Below are positions 16,685 to 18,174 of a stretch of DNA of 18,174 bases, in pieces. The notes below the pieces were generated by a model, which was not told the origin of the DNA, ran no database searches, and saw only the letters and a program-made list of their open reading frames with translations. Both the position numbers and the translations under genes were made by a program. Source of the stretch: Promethearchaeota archaeon Loki_b31 (GTDB lineage Archaea; Asgardarchaeota; Lokiarchaeia; Sigyniarchaeales; SOKP01); assembly GCA_005222975.1 (NCBI GenBank), contig NJBI01000061.1, forward strand, positions 1 through 18,174, written 5' to 3'. The first letter of the stretch is position 1, and every line of letters starts with the position of its first letter.

Positions 16685-18174
16685 CAGTATCAAAGCAAGT
16701 AGATCCTTGAATCCTATTGAACTGAATCCCTTTTTATTAAGATATATTTCCAATCCCTAAATCTTATAAATTATATTGCTAATTTTGTTTCTAATGGATC
16801 TTTATCTTAAGATTTATAAGAGAAGAGTGGTTATATTTATTTATGCGAATAAATAATATATCTCCACTCTCAGATTTGAAAGCTGAGCTAAAACCACTTT
16901 TCTCTAATGAATATATGTTAGCATTTTTTAAAAAGTTTTGTGATATAATCAAATCTCGAATGTGGGGGTGTAAAACAGGTAAAAACGCAAGATATAATGC
17001 TGAGGACTTTCTAAGAATCTTTTTCTTTTCCGAAATAACAGGAAGGTCTATAGAAAGTGCCAGCGAAAAGCTGAACAGGTACTTTTTGAGTAAAAAAAGG
17101 GGAAAGCGAAAAAAGTATGCTGATGGACGAAATAAACGAGATATTCCACACCAAACAGGCGTGAATAAGTTTTTACGCGGTATTGGACTTAAAAAAGCTA
17201 AAAGAATTTTACGAGAATGTTTAGATAATCAATTGAAGGAAGCTTTAAAATTAGGACTTATTTCAAAAAGCGTCAATGTTTTAATTGACTTTACAGAACA
17301 TGATTATTATGGAAAACGGAACGATAAAATGATCAAGAGAACAAATCAGGGGAAGGGAACGAAAAATATGCGTCAATACTTAGGCTTTTCGATTTTGTCA
17401 AGAGGAATTCACCTTTATGCAGGATTAGAGCATTTCGCAAAAAAACAAGCTAAAGTCCCCATTATTCTTAAATTTCTCCAGCATTTAATCAATTTAGAGT
17501 TTGAGATAAAATTTGTGTTAATGGATAGAGAATTTTATAATGCTGAGCTAATAAAGAATATTAAAGCAATTAAAGCTGATGTTTTAATTCCTAATAGATC
17601 TTCCCCAAAGATTAAACAAATCTTCGAAGATTATATAAGGCGAACAGGCAATAGAGTAAGGAGATATACTTTTTCAACAGGTCACAGGAAGCAACTACGA
17701 TTTTCCCAGATACTCTATTTAATTTTACAAGCAAAAAAGGGTCATTCTCTTTTAGGTATTAAACAAGAATTTCAGAAGGGGAAATTAGCCTTAAACGATG
17801 CTATGAAGTTAATTTATGCCATAATGACTACCCAAAAACCTAAGAGTAAACCAAGTTCCTGGCCTTCCCGCACATCTAATTTTTATAAAAAAAGATGGTT
17901 TATAGAGACGGGGTTTTCCGACTTAAATCGGATGGGGCGGCGATGGAAATCAAGATACGACAATACCAGATATTTAGACTTGTTTGTTCGAATGCTTCTT
18001 TACAATTCGTGGAAAATAAACCGCACATTCCTTGAAAAACATCAAAAAAAAGGGCATAAAAGCCAAAAGTGGACACTACAGGATAACCAGGATGCTTTAG
18101 TTGAAACTTTTCTCGAAGCGTAGAAAAAAATAGAGTTATTAAAACGTAAAGGTGAGAATAATGTCGGCATAGAA
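16685..18174 (+). mobile_element. ISH3/IS4-like insertion sequence, right end outside the window
   Basis: Contains a DDE transposase. The candidate left end CAGTATCAAAGCAAG at 16685 fits the 5'-CAG start typical of ISH3-family inverted repeats. No matching right IR is visible before 18174, so the boundary is inferred. Confidence 0.6.
16843..18123 (+). CDS. DDE transposase (IS4 superfamily, probably ISH3 family)
   Basis: LIDFTEHDYYG (D1), LMDREFY (D2), YKKRWFIETGF (YREK-type motif with catalytic E). 426 aa, intact frame. Confidence 0.9.
   Translation: MRINNISPLSDLKAELKPLFSNEYMLAFFKKFCDIIKSRMWGCKTGKNARYNAEDFLRIFFFSEITGRSIESASEKLNRYFLSKKRGKRKKYADGRNKRDIPHQTGVNKFLRGIGLKKAKRILRECLDNQLKEALKLGLISKSVNVLIDFTEHDYYGKRNDKMIKRTNQGKGTKNMRQYLGFSILSRGIHLYAGLEHFAKKQAKVPIILKFLQHLINLEFEIKFVLMDREFYNAELIKNIKAIKADVLIPNRSSPKIKQIFEDYIRRTGNRVRRYTFSTGHRKQLRFSQILYLILQAKKGHSLLGIKQEFQKGKLALNDAMKLIYAIMTTQKPKSKPSSWPSRTSNFYKKRWFIETGFSDLNRMGRRWKSRYDNTRYLDLFVRMLLYNSWKINRTFLEKHQKKGHKSQKWTLQDNQDALVETFLEA

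Noticed and set aside
219-16760. Shadow ORFs from the track (219..476, 860..1210, 1250..1489, 2326..2514, 4017..4226, 6267..6617, 6816..7046, 7316..7594, 7874..8224, 12639..12836, 13276..13479, 13306..13518, 15341..15574, 16572..16760)
   Set aside because: They overlap well-supported genes antisense or out of frame, have skewed composition typical of shadow frames, and show no motifs.
1-18174. CRISPR array, rRNA or tRNA genes
   Set aside because: No regularly spaced direct repeats and no recognisable rRNA or tRNA signatures were seen.

Overview
AT-rich archaeal chromosomal window. The gene content (L22e-like ribosomal protein, Rab-like small GTPase, archaeal TFS, aIF2-gamma, PIN/Fcf1-like nuclease, multi-PAS sensor, membrane-anchored C25 peptidase) points to Asgard archaea, most likely Lokiarchaeia; this is an inference. 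The main discovery is that the essential aIF2-gamma gene (6014..7602, - strand) is interrupted in its P-loop by a 29-nt insertion (7216..7244) carrying a stop codon and a frameshift. The insertion folds with its exon flanks into an archaeal bulge-helix-bulge (BHB) motif, and cutting at the canonical BHB positions restores GHVDHGKTT in frame. It is therefore a candidate tRNA-endonuclease-type mRNA intron. The same gene has an N-terminal helix-hairpin-helix extension and lies directly downstream of a free-standing LAGLIDADG endonuclease-like gene with three 53-aa HTH repeats. Other notable items are an unannotated, highly structured intergenic RNA candidate (about 11923..12214), a PAS/GAF gene split by a single in-frame TGA at a Trp position, and the left part of an ISH3/IS4-like insertion sequence at the right end. 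All calls come from reading the sequence; no searches or folding programs were run.
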